A DNA stretch of 64,000 nucleotides from Leptospira sp. (lineage in GTDB: Bacteria; Spirochaetota; Leptospiria; Leptospirales; Leptospiraceae): assembly GCA_034439575.1 (NCBI GenBank), contig JAWXAQ010000002.1:160001-224000 (forward strand). Direction: 5' to 3'. This document shows positions 41,866-52,152 of this stretch, piece by piece (positions within the stretch are counted from its first letter, which is position 1; each line of letters starts with the position of its first letter). The position numbers and the translations under genes were made by a program. The notes beneath the pieces are model-generated. The model worked only from the letters and a program-made list of their open reading frames with translations, had not been told where the DNA came from and ran no database searches.

Positions 41866-43830
41866 ATTTGGAAGTTTGATTTCTATTGATTTTAATTTAC
41901 TCCACAATTTCTTTAAGGTAAGCTTCCAATCTTCTTTTTCATGCTTCGGCTTTGTATTGTCTGGGATTTGTGGAAGCACTTTTTGTTCTACTGGTGCGAT
42001 CGCCTTAAGACCCAAGTCGATTTTTAAATATTTCTTTTTTATAATTTTAAAATCAATTTTACCATCGAGTAGCCGAACAATTTCTTGAATGATCGCCCAC
42101 TTTACTTTGTTTGGTGTCAATGATTGGTAATTTTCAATCATTTCGTTATAGAGACGATTTGTGACTCTAGGATTTGAATGAAATAATAAAAATCTAAAGT
42201 GAACGTTTCCTTTTAAATCTTGAGTGATGATTAAATCGTTATGCGAGAATTCTAAAAATGGAGGAAAGTCAACTAGCCGAACAACGATAGAATTCACCAA
42301 ATCTAAACTATTATAAATTTCAGTTTCAGGATGAACCTTAATTGAATAAGTAATCTTTTCATCTGGGATGACATCATTTATAAAACTAACAAAATTTACT
42401 TGGTCTTTGAAAGGAACTTCTTTCATTACTTCAAGGCGAGAGAGTTCAATAATATCATCCATAACAGAATCAATAGAATCATGAATTTGAACTACTTCTT
42501 TGATGATAACCCTTTCTTTTGTTTTCTCTTTTATTTCACGATAAGCTTTTAACTTCTCTTTCATCTGAGTCAGAGGCTGACTTATCATAGCATCCATGTA
42601 GAAAAATATTTTTTCTCTTAAGGAATCTGCCTCTTTTAGTCTATCAAAACGCATCTGTAATTTGCGTTTCATGATCAAAAATTGAAATCTTAAAGCAAGT
42701 GTCATTAGCAAAAGATATACGAGAAAACTGGTTTCGAGAGAAGAAACTGCATTTAAGTAACCTCTTTCAATCGATACCTCTTTAATAATCGCATAGAATA
42801 AATATAACAAGGCGATAAGGTGTATCCAAGCACCGCGCCTTTTTTCTTTGAGTTTGTTAAATGTGAGGTAAATCGCATAACCAACGATAAAGAATAAATG
42901 TATATCCCAATAACCGATAAAATTGTACCAAAAAACTGGTTTTGGAACAATGATAAACATCAAAAGAAATACAGATTGAAATAGTAAATAGATCAGTTGT
43001 AATCTGAAAGGTTTTAGCTCAAAGAAATCCTGGATGAATTTGATGAATCCATACGGAATGATAAAAAGAAAACCGTACTCTACGAGCTTGAAAAAAGTGA
43101 AATATTCACCGATAAAAAATCGTGCTTCGTTTCGGGATAATTCAAATGCCGAAAAAATGAGTGCTAGGATTCCAAAGCTGAAATATTCTTTTTTATCAGG
43201 CATTTTAAAATAATTGATAAAGAAAAAAAGTGCAATGAATAGATAGAAACCTACGAATATAAGTTCAACTAACGATTGATAATTTTGGCCTTCTATGGCT
43301 TCTTCGTATGTAAGAACTCGGATAGGTGCCGTTATGATTCCCGCTGATGTGCTAAGGTCGGAATCAATCTTGACCACCAAAACATTTTCACCTTCAAGAA
43401 GTAAATTATGAGGAATAGGATATATGCGCGGTCGGCCAAAGGAGTAATCTTGTGGATTTTCTCCGAAGGGGGAATTTCCTTTTCCAACTAACACACCATT
43501 GATAAAAACTTCATCCGTTTGATAAATTCTACCGAGCTGTATTGCTAAAGTTTTGTCGTGTTGATCTTTTGTTATATCAAAGGATTTTCGAATCCAAATT
43601 GGGCCACGATAATTTTTGTTCAAATTTCTAAAGTTGCCAGGAACAGATGTTAATTCTAGACTATTGATATTAAATTCTGGGCTAAGAATATCTGCACCTT
43701 GATCAAATAATATACCCCAATCATCGCCTTCCAATGATATGGCGACAGCTTTCTCATCTATATGTCGCGTACATTGAATCGAACTAAAAATTGAAATAAA
43801 AATAAGAGAAACGTGAAGTAATGATTTCAT
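41848..43830 (-). CDS. 7TM-DISM receptor with degenerate histidine-kinase-like cytoplasmic part
   Basis: Sugar-binding-like ectodomain (VPGN, IWIRKSF, DEVFING, RIYPIP) and 7 TM. Cytoplasmic region has no H-box His and no G boxes. Confidence 0.75.
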   Translation of the reverse strand: MKSLLHVSLIFISIFSSIQCTRHIDEKAVAISLEGDDWGILFDQGADILSPEFNINSLELTSVPGNFRNLNKNYRGPIWIRKSFDITKDQHDKTLAIQLGRIYQTDEVFINGVLVGKGNSPFGENPQDYSFGRPRIYPIPHNLLLEGENVLVVKIDSDLSTSAGIITAPIRVLTYEEAIEGQNYQSLVELIFVGFYLFIALFFFINYFKMPDKKEYFSFGILALIFSAFELSRNEARFFIGEYFTFFKLVEYGFLFIIPYGFIKFIQDFFELKPFRLQLIYLLFQSVFLLMFIIVPKPVFWYNFIGYWDIHLFFIVGYAIYLTFNKLKEKRRGAWIHLIALLYLFYAIIKEVSIERGYLNAVSSLETSFLVYLLLMTLALRFQFLIMKRKLQMRFDRLKEADSLREKIFFYMDAMISQPLTQMKEKLKAYREIKEKTKERVIIKEVVQIHDSIDSVMDDIIELSRLEVMKEVPFKDQVNFVSFINDVIPDEKITYSIKVHPETEIYNSLDLVNSIVVRLVDFPPFLEFSHNDLIITQDLKGNVHFRFLLFHSNPRVTNRLYNEMIENYQSLTPNKVKWAIIQEIVRLLDGKIDFKIIKKKYLKIDLGLKAIAPVEQKVLPQIPDNTKPKHEKEDWKLTLKKLWSKLKSIEIKLPNLKKRK

Positions 43831-45779
43831 TAGGCTTTGATCCCTCTTTCTGGGAATCGGACAGTGAATTTCGCACCCATACCTTCAGCAGATTTTAAAT
43901 TCACAGTACCACCTAAAAAATTTGCCGTTGCTTGAACGAGCGTTAAACCAATACCTGCTCCTGGAATTTCGCTTTTGGATTCTTTGTAGCCACGGACGAA
44001 CTTTTGAAATATTGTTTCCATTTCGATTTGGCTCATTCCTAGACCTTCGTCTGTTACGACGAGATGAAAGAATCCATTTTGAAAATAAAATTCGACACTG
44101 ACTTCTGTTTTTACATCAGTATAAATATACGCATTTTCCACCAGGTTTCTTACCATAACAAAGAGTAGGTCTGGAGATTGGAAAATTTCAAGAGATTCGG
44201 GTTTAACTTCAATGCTTAGGTTTTTACGTTTTTGGCCTAAGTGATTTTCAATAGATGAAATACAATCTTTGATCAATTGTTTTACCGCGAAAGTTTCCCA
44301 TTTTGGTTGATAACTTTTTTCTTCCAATTGTTTCAGAAGTAATGCTTCTTCTACCATATAACCCATATAGGAAATATGATCTTCTGCTTGTTTAACGATG
44401 TCCAATGTGCTAGTCGGTGCTTGTGCTTTTTTCCCTTTCGCCTTTGCCGCAACTTTTGGTGGATTAGAAATCCTATTCATCGCTAGTTGGATTTTTTCCA
44501 TACCTGATTTAAATTCAGCAGATAAATTCAAAAGAAATCCCGTTTTAACTCTTTCCATTTGGATCAATTCTTTTTCTTGATCCATGAAGTTACGTAAACC
44601 TAACACCATGTCATTCGAAAGTTGAATCGAAATCATAACTAAGAAAAGTAAAAACCCGAGATAAATGGTGCCAGGAAAGGAAATGATTTCCAATGCAGAT
44701 AAACTATCTAAAAGAATAGTAGGTAATAAACAAGCTAGACCTATCAAGATATACCTAAGCTTAGAAATCATCGACCTTCCGTATTTGATAAAAATAAAAA
44801 GTGCCAATCCCAAAGCGACGGGCAAAGCATAGTTAAACAATGCGATCACTAAAATCCATGATTTAGGAGTTCTGAAAAATAAAGTCACAATAAATAATAC
44901 GGCTAAATAAACTTCATATCCCATTAATACAAGGTTTCGTTTAACTTTGAGATATTGGTGAAGGAAGTTTAAAAAGAATGCAGGTAAACAAATTAGAATT
45001 AATAATTCCATAACATAGGATGTTGTGAAACTTTCAAAAAGTATATTTCTGTGTTGTGTTCGAATGAGCACATAATAGCCGATAAAGATTGAAAATAAGG
45101 CAAAGAAAAAGTTTTCACCGGTTCTTCCTCGAACAATAGAACCCACAAGAAAGTATATTCCCATAAAAATGAAAACATAACCACAGATCATTGGAAAAAC
45201 TTCACTGGTGAAAAGTTTATTTCGTAGATCTTTTTCTTTTGCGATCACTGGTGCTTCTTTGAGTCCATTGAGATTTGTGGCAGCATAAATTCTTATGGCA
45301 AGTGTATTGATGCCTGGCTTTAAAATATGAGATGGCAATGAATAGATCCTGACTTTTTGAAAATCAACTTCTAACTTCGGTATGACGGATCCAGTCTGAT
45401 CAATGAGAATGCCATTTAGATAAAATTCATCTATATCACGGATTCGTCCTAATTTAATCGCAATCGGTTCGACAGGGACAGAAAAGTTTTCAGGCAAAAC
45501 GAAAGAACAGCGATACCAATGATAGCCTGTTAAGTTTTCTGTTTTTGAAATTCCATAATCAGGAACCGTTCTTTTAACCCAAAAAGTTTCCTCAACACTC
45601 TCGTCACGCCAATCTAAATTGTCACCTTTTCTAAATTGCCAATCGTCAACTAACTTGATCGATTTTTCCCAAGAAGGGATAAAAACTCCACAGGATTCGC
45701 TACGAATTTCTGTGGAGAATCCAATTGAAAATAAAATTAAGGCAAACGAGAGTTTGCCGAAGCCGGAAAAACGGATCAT
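43830..45779 (-). CDS. 7TM-DISM receptor with HATPase domain (H-box His absent)
   Basis: WQFRKGD/WYRC/DEFYLNG ectodomain, 7 TM, NLSAEFKS at the H box, intact N/G1/F/G2 boxes. Confidence 0.8.
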   Translation of the reverse strand: MIRFSGFGKLSFALILFSIGFSTEIRSESCGVFIPSWEKSIKLVDDWQFRKGDNLDWRDESVEETFWVKRTVPDYGISKTENLTGYHWYRCSFVLPENFSVPVEPIAIKLGRIRDIDEFYLNGILIDQTGSVIPKLEVDFQKVRIYSLPSHILKPGINTLAIRIYAATNLNGLKEAPVIAKEKDLRNKLFTSEVFPMICGYVFIFMGIYFLVGSIVRGRTGENFFFALFSIFIGYYVLIRTQHRNILFESFTTSYVMELLILICLPAFFLNFLHQYLKVKRNLVLMGYEVYLAVLFIVTLFFRTPKSWILVIALFNYALPVALGLALFIFIKYGRSMISKLRYILIGLACLLPTILLDSLSALEIISFPGTIYLGFLLFLVMISIQLSNDMVLGLRNFMDQEKELIQMERVKTGFLLNLSAEFKSGMEKIQLAMNRISNPPKVAAKAKGKKAQAPTSTLDIVKQAEDHISYMGYMVEEALLLKQLEEKSYQPKWETFAVKQLIKDCISSIENHLGQKRKNLSIEVKPESLEIFQSPDLLFVMVRNLVENAYIYTDVKTEVSVEFYFQNGFFHLVVTDEGLGMSQIEMETIFQKFVRGYKESKSEIPGAGIGLTLVQATANFLGGTVNLKSAEGMGAKFTVRFPERGIKA

Positions 45780-46699
45780 ATCGGTTCGACGTTTCTGATG
45801 GCTTCTTCGATTTCTTTGAGCTGAGTTGAGATCCTAGCATCAATCGCACCAACGTCTGTTTCAATAATAACACCACCACGATCCACTCGTGAATCTTCAT
45901 AGATGTTAACTTTACGTAGTGATTCCATAAGTTTGATAAGCTCATCTTTATGAGCTGTCGTGAGTTCAAGATCTGCGAAGTTAACTCGAATGTCAATTCG
46001 ATCTCTATCTTTAATGCGCTTCATAGCTTCGCGAATATTATTAAGTACGATTTCCTTACGTTCAATGATTTCGTCTTTGATTACTTTTCGTGCAATGACA
46101 AGAATCATTTCTACCATTTGTTTTTCAGAAGCGGCTATCATTTCTTCACGGATGTCGATCGCCTTACCGATGATAGTTCCTAGTCGGTCAATGAGTCGTT
46201 TAACTTCGCCTTGGCCTTTTTTAAAACCTACTTCTCGACCAGCATCATATCCTTTTTGGTAGGCTTCGTGTTCAATCTCAGCCTGTTTCATTTCGGCTTC
46301 TTTGATCATACGTTCGACTTCCATTTTCGCACGATCAAGGATTTGTTCTGCTTTGGCCCTGCCAGAATCTTCTTCGAGTTTTATTTTCTCTTTAGAATCT
46401 TGGATCATTTGGAAGGCTTTGGTTCTGCCTTCTTCTTCGATCGCCTTTGATTGTTTTTTGGCGTCTTCTAAAAGTTGTCTGACTTGTTCTTCAGTTTCTT
46501 GTCTGTACCTTGCGAGCTCTGCTTCAATCTCTTCGATGGAAGGACCTTGGTACTGTTCAATGATGTTTCCTTCTTGGTCAATTTCGAAGTCATCTTGTTC
46601 ATCTGATTTATGAAATTTTTTGTACTTATCAGGAAGTTGAATTTCAACTTCTTCTTGTAAGTCGGCAATTTGAATGGGTTTAAATACTAGCTTTGCCAT
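45776..46699 (-). CDS. fliH: Flagellar assembly protein FliH
   Basis: MAKLVFKP start, AxxxGxxxG repeats, DRGGVIIETDVGAIDARI. Confidence 0.93.
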   Translation of the reverse strand: MAKLVFKPIQIADLQEEVEIQLPDKYKKFHKSDEQDDFEIDQEGNIIEQYQGPSIEEIEAELARYRQETEEQVRQLLEDAKKQSKAIEEEGRTKAFQMIQDSKEKIKLEEDSGRAKAEQILDRAKMEVERMIKEAEMKQAEIEHEAYQKGYDAGREVGFKKGQGEVKRLIDRLGTIIGKAIDIREEMIAASEKQMVEMILVIARKVIKDEIIERKEIVLNNIREAMKRIKDRDRIDIRVNFADLELTTAHKDELIKLMESLRKVNIYEDSRVDRGGVIIETDVGAIDARISTQLKEIEEAIRNVEPI

Positions 46700-46703
46700 A
46701 ACC

Positions 46704-47756
46704 TTACTTCATTCTCCAAAGTTTCACTTTACCTTCTTCGATCTCCTCCCGCAATCGATCCAAGATGCCTTTTTGAGCTTCTTCGATCTCGAGAAGTGAA
46801 ACGGGTCCTAAAGAATCCCATTCCAATCGAATGTCCTTTACAAGCCATGCTTCTAAATGTTCAAAAATAGAATCCTTAAAGGAAGTTTCAACCCCCTTTA
46901 AAGCACAAGCAATGACAAGTGGATGGATCTCTGAAAAAAACCGAGTCAAACTAGTTCGGCCTAAGTGCAAAAGATCTTCCAAACGAAAGTAGTGTTCTAT
47001 AATAGTTTCGGCAAACTCTGGGCTTTTTTTCTGAATTCGTTCAATTAAATTTTGAGAATGTTGAGCTGGAAGGCGAGTGAGTAATTCACCAGCCGTTTTG
47101 GCCTTTCGGCTCCGAACTTTTCCCATTGGGGTTTTATTTTTAATGAGTTCGGATTTGAAACGTAAAAATCGTTCCAATTCGTCTCGCTCTTGTTCTGAGT
47201 GAAAATCAATATGGGAAAGTGAAAAAATGATCTCTTCCCGGAAGGAATCAGGGTAGGAGGCTATGACTTCAGAGGCAGCCTCTGGATGGGAAAACGCCAA
47301 AAGTCGCGCAATGACAAGGGGGGATTCATCGTTGGCCAAGGCCATAAGTTCCGATTTGGAATTTTCTTGCAATTGATCCAAATAGGATGTGGGGCTCGTA
47401 TTTTCTTCCGCCAACATTTCTTCCAGAATCTGCAAAAGTTCTGAATCATTTGGAAGTTGATTCGTTTTTTCTTTAGTTTTCCCTTTAAAGAGGGAAAATT
47501 CTGAAATTTCCTTTTCGGCCAAATGGGACGAAGTTTGTTTTTTAAGGGGAAGCGATTGTTTCTTTAGAAAATCGGTAAAAGATAGAAGGATGCTTTTTTC
47601 TTCCTTCGGAGAAGGTTTGGATTGATTTGTTCCGACTTTTTCGAGTAATTTTTCAATTTCCGAAGGATTGAGATGAGAAAAAACCTCATCAGGAAGGTAA
47701 CGACCCAAAATTTGGTAAGCCAAGGCCGCACGATTTTTTCCCAAATTTTTTGACAT
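46704..47756 (-). CDS. fliG: FliG-family (divergent paralog) motor switch protein
   Basis: KNRAA..LG, ESPLVIA, FRLEDL, IACALKG, GPVSLLEIEEAQKGI...EEGKV. Confidence 0.75.
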   Translation of the reverse strand: MSKNLGKNRAALAYQILGRYLPDEVFSHLNPSEIEKLLEKVGTNQSKPSPKEEKSILLSFTDFLKKQSLPLKKQTSSHLAEKEISEFSLFKGKTKEKTNQLPNDSELLQILEEMLAEENTSPTSYLDQLQENSKSELMALANDESPLVIARLLAFSHPEAASEVIASYPDSFREEIIFSLSHIDFHSEQERDELERFLRFKSELIKNKTPMGKVRSRKAKTAGELLTRLPAQHSQNLIERIQKKSPEFAETIIEHYFRLEDLLHLGRTSLTRFFSEIHPLVIACALKGVETSFKDSIFEHLEAWLVKDIRLEWDSLGPVSLLEIEEAQKGILDRLREEIEEGKVKLWRMK

Positions 47757-47948
47757 TTAGAAGACATAATATCTAAATTCCTATCCACGTACAAATCAAT
47801 TTTTTATTTCGGACTTTTAGTATAGTGGATAGTTTTTACTACATTTTCAGATCCATTTCAATGGTTGTTCGATTATAAAATGGATAAATTCTTAAATCTC
47901 TTTTCCTTTCGGGACAATTATAAATCTAGGTAAATAGTTCAAGGGAAT

Positions 47949-49484
47949 ATGGAAAAAAATTTATTAATTAGAAGAAAGGTAAATTTGGAAATCTTTTCTC
48001 GCAGTAAACATGTGGATTTGATTTTTCTCTATATTTTCTTAGCGCATATACCCTTTGCGATCGGCTTTGCTTATCCTTATGGGATGGTGATACCAACTTT
48101 GGCGTCATCCATTTTTATTTCTATTATATCGTTCCTTGGATTTTTAATGTTTCGCGGAACAAAAAAACTAAGGATATTGAACTCATGTTTGGTGATGCTC
48201 TGGTCAGTCATATTTATCCAAGCCCAACTCGGTCGCATAGAAATGCATTTTCATGTTTTTGTAGGTCTTGCCTTTTTATTGATTTATGAAGATTGGTTGC
48301 TATTTCCTATCGCGGGAGGATTCATCGCAGTCCATCACGTAATATTTAATTTTCTCCAATCTATGAAAATTAAATTATTCGATATCCCGATTGAAGTTTT
48401 TAATTACGGTTGCGGTTGGGATATCGTAACCTTGCACGCGCTATTTGTGATTATCGAGTGCGTAGCTTTGGCTAACTTCGCGTATATTTTTCACAAACGA
48501 TTGTTACAACAAATCTTATCTCTATTTGAAGCCGAAGAAACTGCGATAAACCTAAAAAATTTAGCCAATGAAGCAAAAAATCGATCTGATAAATTTCATA
48601 CTATAAATTCAAACTTAATTAAAACATCAGACAATTGGAATATTAAAAATCAAATTCAGACAAATTCGCTTTCAACCATTGAAGGGAGTATTCATGAAAA
48701 TTCGGAACGAACAAATCTTGTTTATAATGCTGGCATCGAACAATTAGATACAACACATCATTTACAACAGATTACAAATGGTTTTATCCATAAACTTGAT
48801 CAATTTAATTCTGCAACTAACCTTGCTGTACATAACATGAATTTGGCCGTGAAAGAAGCAGATGAAAGTGAATCTGGAATAGGCAATATTGTGCTTAGTT
48901 TTACTAGCTTAAATCAATATAGCAATCAGATGGAAAAAATTCTAAAAGTAATCCGTGATATTGCTGAAAGAGTTAATTTATTGGCACTGAATGCATCCAT
49001 TGAAGCCGCGAGGGCTGGAGATGCTGGCCAAGGATTTAGTGTTGTAGCACAAGAAGTGTCAAAACTTGCAGATTCTACAAAGAATGCCTTACGCGAAATT
49101 GGAACACTTGTGAATGCAATGACAAACGAAATTCAAAAAGGGCAATTGGGATCACACGAAATTGCGAATTTAAATAAAACTTTTACAAAAAAAATCAAAG
49201 ATGCAGAAGTCTCATTACAATCAATAGGTGGCGCTCTTAAGTCGGCTAACACTGATCAGGAGCAAATGCAGTCAAATATAAATAAAGTCGCCAAACAAAG
49301 TGAGAATATAGTAAACTCTGCAAAAGGGCAAGAGATGTTAGTTCATCAAATTGAAGAAGAACTACATCCATTAAAAGACAGTGTCAAAGATTCTAGTTTG
49401 CTTGCCGAACAAATTGTGGGATTGATTTCAGAAACTGAAAAAGGTTTCAAAGAGATGGATCATTTTATCCGCGAAATCACTTAA
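47949..49484 (+). CDS. Methyl-accepting chemotaxis protein with His-rich multi-TM input domain
   Basis: [32 protein letters not shown] signalling tip; about 6 N-terminal TM helices with [13 protein letters not shown] and VHH. Confidence 0.92.
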   Translation: MEKNLLIRRKVNLEIFSRSKHVDLIFLYIFLAHIPFAIGFAYPYGMVIPTLASSIFISIISFLGFLMFRGTKKLRILNSCLVMLWSVIFIQAQLGRIEMHFHVFVGLAFLLIYEDWLLFPIAGGFIAVHHVIFNFLQSMKIKLFDIPIEVFNYGCGWDIVTLHALFVIIECVALANFAYIFHKRLLQQILSLFEAEETAINLKNLANEAKNRSDKFHTINSNLIKTSDNWNIKNQIQTNSLSTIEGSIHENSERTNLVYNAGIEQLDTTHHLQQITNGFIHKLDQFNSATNLAVHNMNLAVKEADESESGIGNIVLSFTSLNQYSNQMEKILKVIRDIAERVNLLALNASIEAARAGDAGQGFSVVAQEVSKLADSTKNALREIGTLVNAMTNEIQKGQLGSHEIANLNKTFTKKIKDAEVSLQSIGGALKSANTDQEQMQSNINKVAKQSENIVNSAKGQEMLVHQIEEELHPLKDSVKDSSLLAEQIVGLISETEKGFKEMDHFIREIT

Positions 49485-49487
49485 GTT

Positions 49488-50009
49488 TTGAAACATATTG
49501 TTTTTGTCATATTATTACTTTCAACATTCGGTGGTTTATTTCTGGGGTCTTGGCTTATCTCTCTTAAATCACCAAACAAAGTATTTGATCATCAAATTCT
49601 AATACCTTTAAGTTCTAATGATTCGATTACCATCGCAAAACAAAATGGATACGATTCTATCTTCTTTTGTGAATTTCGCAATTGTGGTACGATTTGTTCC
49701 AATACATTGCCGATTTTGGAAGCCACTGCATCAAAATACGAATCGAGTGGCTTACGAATTTATTTCATAGATCTGAGCGAATTTTCCAAGGAAGAAAGGG
49801 GGTTTTTGAAACCTGAAGCCTTTCCGCATATTCGATGGATCACAATTCCAAAAGCTCAACAAAGGGAAATTTTAAAAACCTTGGGCTTGGAGCAATGGGA
49901 TAAAAATCACCATTCGAGTCGTTTGCTTGTCCACCTGGCGGGAACAAATGAACTCACTTGGGTAGAAAGTGCCAAAAATGGATTTTATGAAGCCTTAAAA
50001 TTCAAATAA
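49488..50009 (+). CDS. SCO/SenC-like thioredoxin-fold protein
   Basis: N-terminal TM, F..CGTIC (CxxxC), downstream HHSSRLL resembling the SCO H-S/T motif. Confidence 0.6.
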   Translation: MKHIVFVILLLSTFGGLFLGSWLISLKSPNKVFDHQILIPLSSNDSITIAKQNGYDSIFFCEFRNCGTICSNTLPILEATASKYESSGLRIYFIDLSEFSKEERGFLKPEAFPHIRWITIPKAQQREILKTLGLEQWDKNHHSSRLLVHLAGTNELTWVESAKNGFYEALKFK

Positions 50010-50118
50010 GAACAATTGAATTTTATGTGTTTATTCCCCGTGAATCTAGTTATTTTTGACCAAAAAAATCCTTGTCATACTTCTCTAAATGAACGACAGT
50101 CAGTAAACGGAGCAAGTC

Positions 50119-51597
50119 ATGACACAAGCCACTCTCACCAAAACGCTTACCGAAAATCCGATTCAAAGTAACGGTCTTAAAAGTTTTTCCTCAAATGATA
50201 TATCTCGTATCTTCAATGACCAAAAAAAGAAAGCCTTAGAGCTTCGACTATCAACCGCTAAAGAAAGAATCGCAAAACTCAAAAAATTAAAAGCCGTCAT
50301 TTTTAAATACCAAACAGATATCCAAAAAGCTCTTTTTTTGGACTTTCATAAATCTGCTAGTGAAGTAGATATCTCTGAAATTTTGCCTAGCATTTCAGAA
50401 ATAAATGATGGGATTCGTCATTTAAAATCTTGGATGCGTCCCGTCAGTGTGAGTACGCCTATTACTTTGTTTGGTGCTTCAAGTAAGATAGTTTACGAAC
50501 CAAAAGGTGTTTGTTTAATTATTGCTCCTTGGAATTATCCATTTTATCTTGCTATCGCTCCACTTGCGGCGGCTATAGGTGCTGGAAACACTATCGTATT
50601 AAAACCATCAGAGTTCACACCAAACACAGCACATATTGTAAATACAATCGTCAAAGAGGTGTTTAACGACAATGAAGTAGCCGTTTTTGAGGGAGATGTC
50701 CAAGTTTCCACTGCTCTTCTTGATATGCCATTTGATCATATCTTTTTTACAGGATCAACACCGGTTGGAAAAGTAGTGATGGCTGCGGCATCTAAACACT
50801 TAACTACTGTTACCCTGGAATTAGGCGGAAAGTCTCCATCAATCGTGACAGAAGATGCTGATATAAAACTTGCCGCTCAAAGAATTATGTGGGGAAAATT
50901 TTTAAACGCAGGTCAGACTTGTGTTGCCCCTGACTATATCTTGATTCCAAAATCCAAAGTAAATAGTTTTGTAGAACATGCAAAAGCAGCTACGGAAAAG
51001 TATTTTAATACAACTGAGGAAAATTTTCAATCGAATACTGACTTTTGTCGCATCATTAATTCCAAAAACTTTGCTCGGGTCTCAGGTTATATTGAAGAGG
51101 CTGTAAATCAAGGAGCAAAAATCGCTTATGGTGGAAAGGTAAATGGAAATGAAAATTTCATAGCACCAACACTTCTCGTTGATGTACCGTTAAATGCTAG
51201 GATTATGGATGATGAAATTTTTGGACCACTTTTACCTATCATCACCTATGATAAATTAGATGATGCCATCGGTATTATAAACTCAAAACCAAAACCACTA
51301 GCATTATATATATTTAGTAATAAAAATAAAATTGCGAAATATATTTTGGATAGGACCTCTGCCGGTGGATCCGTGATCAATGATGTGATATTGCATTTAG
51401 TAAATTCAAATCTGCCATTCGGTGGCATTAATCATTCTGGTCATGGAAGTTATCATGGACACTTTGGTTTTAAAGCATTCTCACATGAAAGATCGGTATT
51501 ACAGTCACCGAAACTTTCAATGCCTACTTTAATGTACCCACCTTATACAAATTTTGTAAGATTTATTGTGAATACGACTACGAAGTGGTTTGTATAA
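50119..51597 (+). CDS. Aldehyde dehydrogenase (ALDH3/coniferyl-type)
   Basis: [38 protein letters not shown]. Confidence 0.95.
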   Translation: MTQATLTKTLTENPIQSNGLKSFSSNDISRIFNDQKKKALELRLSTAKERIAKLKKLKAVIFKYQTDIQKALFLDFHKSASEVDISEILPSISEINDGIRHLKSWMRPVSVSTPITLFGASSKIVYEPKGVCLIIAPWNYPFYLAIAPLAAAIGAGNTIVLKPSEFTPNTAHIVNTIVKEVFNDNEVAVFEGDVQVSTALLDMPFDHIFFTGSTPVGKVVMAAASKHLTTVTLELGGKSPSIVTEDADIKLAAQRIMWGKFLNAGQTCVAPDYILIPKSKVNSFVEHAKAATEKYFNTTEENFQSNTDFCRIINSKNFARVSGYIEEAVNQGAKIAYGGKVNGNENFIAPTLLVDVPLNARIMDDEIFGPLLPIITYDKLDDAIGIINSKPKPLALYIFSNKNKIAKYILDRTSAGGSVINDVILHLVNSNLPFGGINHSGHGSYHGHFGFKAFSHERSVLQSPKLSMPTLMYPPYTNFVRFIVNTTTKWFV

Positions 51598-51650
51598 TCT
51601 AAGAAACTATTCATTAAATTTATTCGAGTTTGTCTTTTCTAATATTAGTA

Positions 51651-51676
51651 AATCACCTAGGCAATACTAGGTGATT
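51651..51676 (+). terminator. Perfect hairpin downstream of the ALDH gene
   Basis: AATCACCTAG-GCAATA-CTAGGTGATT; weak U tail. Confidence 0.55.
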
Positions 51677-52152
51677 GTGCTACATCTCTCTAAGCGTGAG
51701 ATGGAATCCTTACTCGGGCTGGTCTTACTATTATTTTTATTTTATTCCAAATTTGGGAATTCATAATATGATAATAATTTATTAAAAATTTTCTTTTCAA
51801 TCTCATATCAAATTGCTTCGATAAATTTATGTTCGCTGGTAAACCATAGGTCGATTTAAAAAAACTTCCAGACAAATTGTATATCTTGTGTTAAGTCTTT
51901 ATACTTGATGCCAATGGAACTAAAGAAACAAAACTGAATTTTATTTTATGACTAGACTTTCAAAAGTTCAAAATAGAAGACGAAATTATTGGGTGCGGAT
52001 GTCTAAAAGTGACAAATCCATTACTAAGTGATAAAGTACATAAAATTCGGACTTATACGAAGAAAAATAATTGATTCCTTAAAATAAATTTTGGTATCAA
52101 TCTAATGGTTTCGTCAAATGTTGAATGCACCTCATGCTGGAAATAGACCGCA

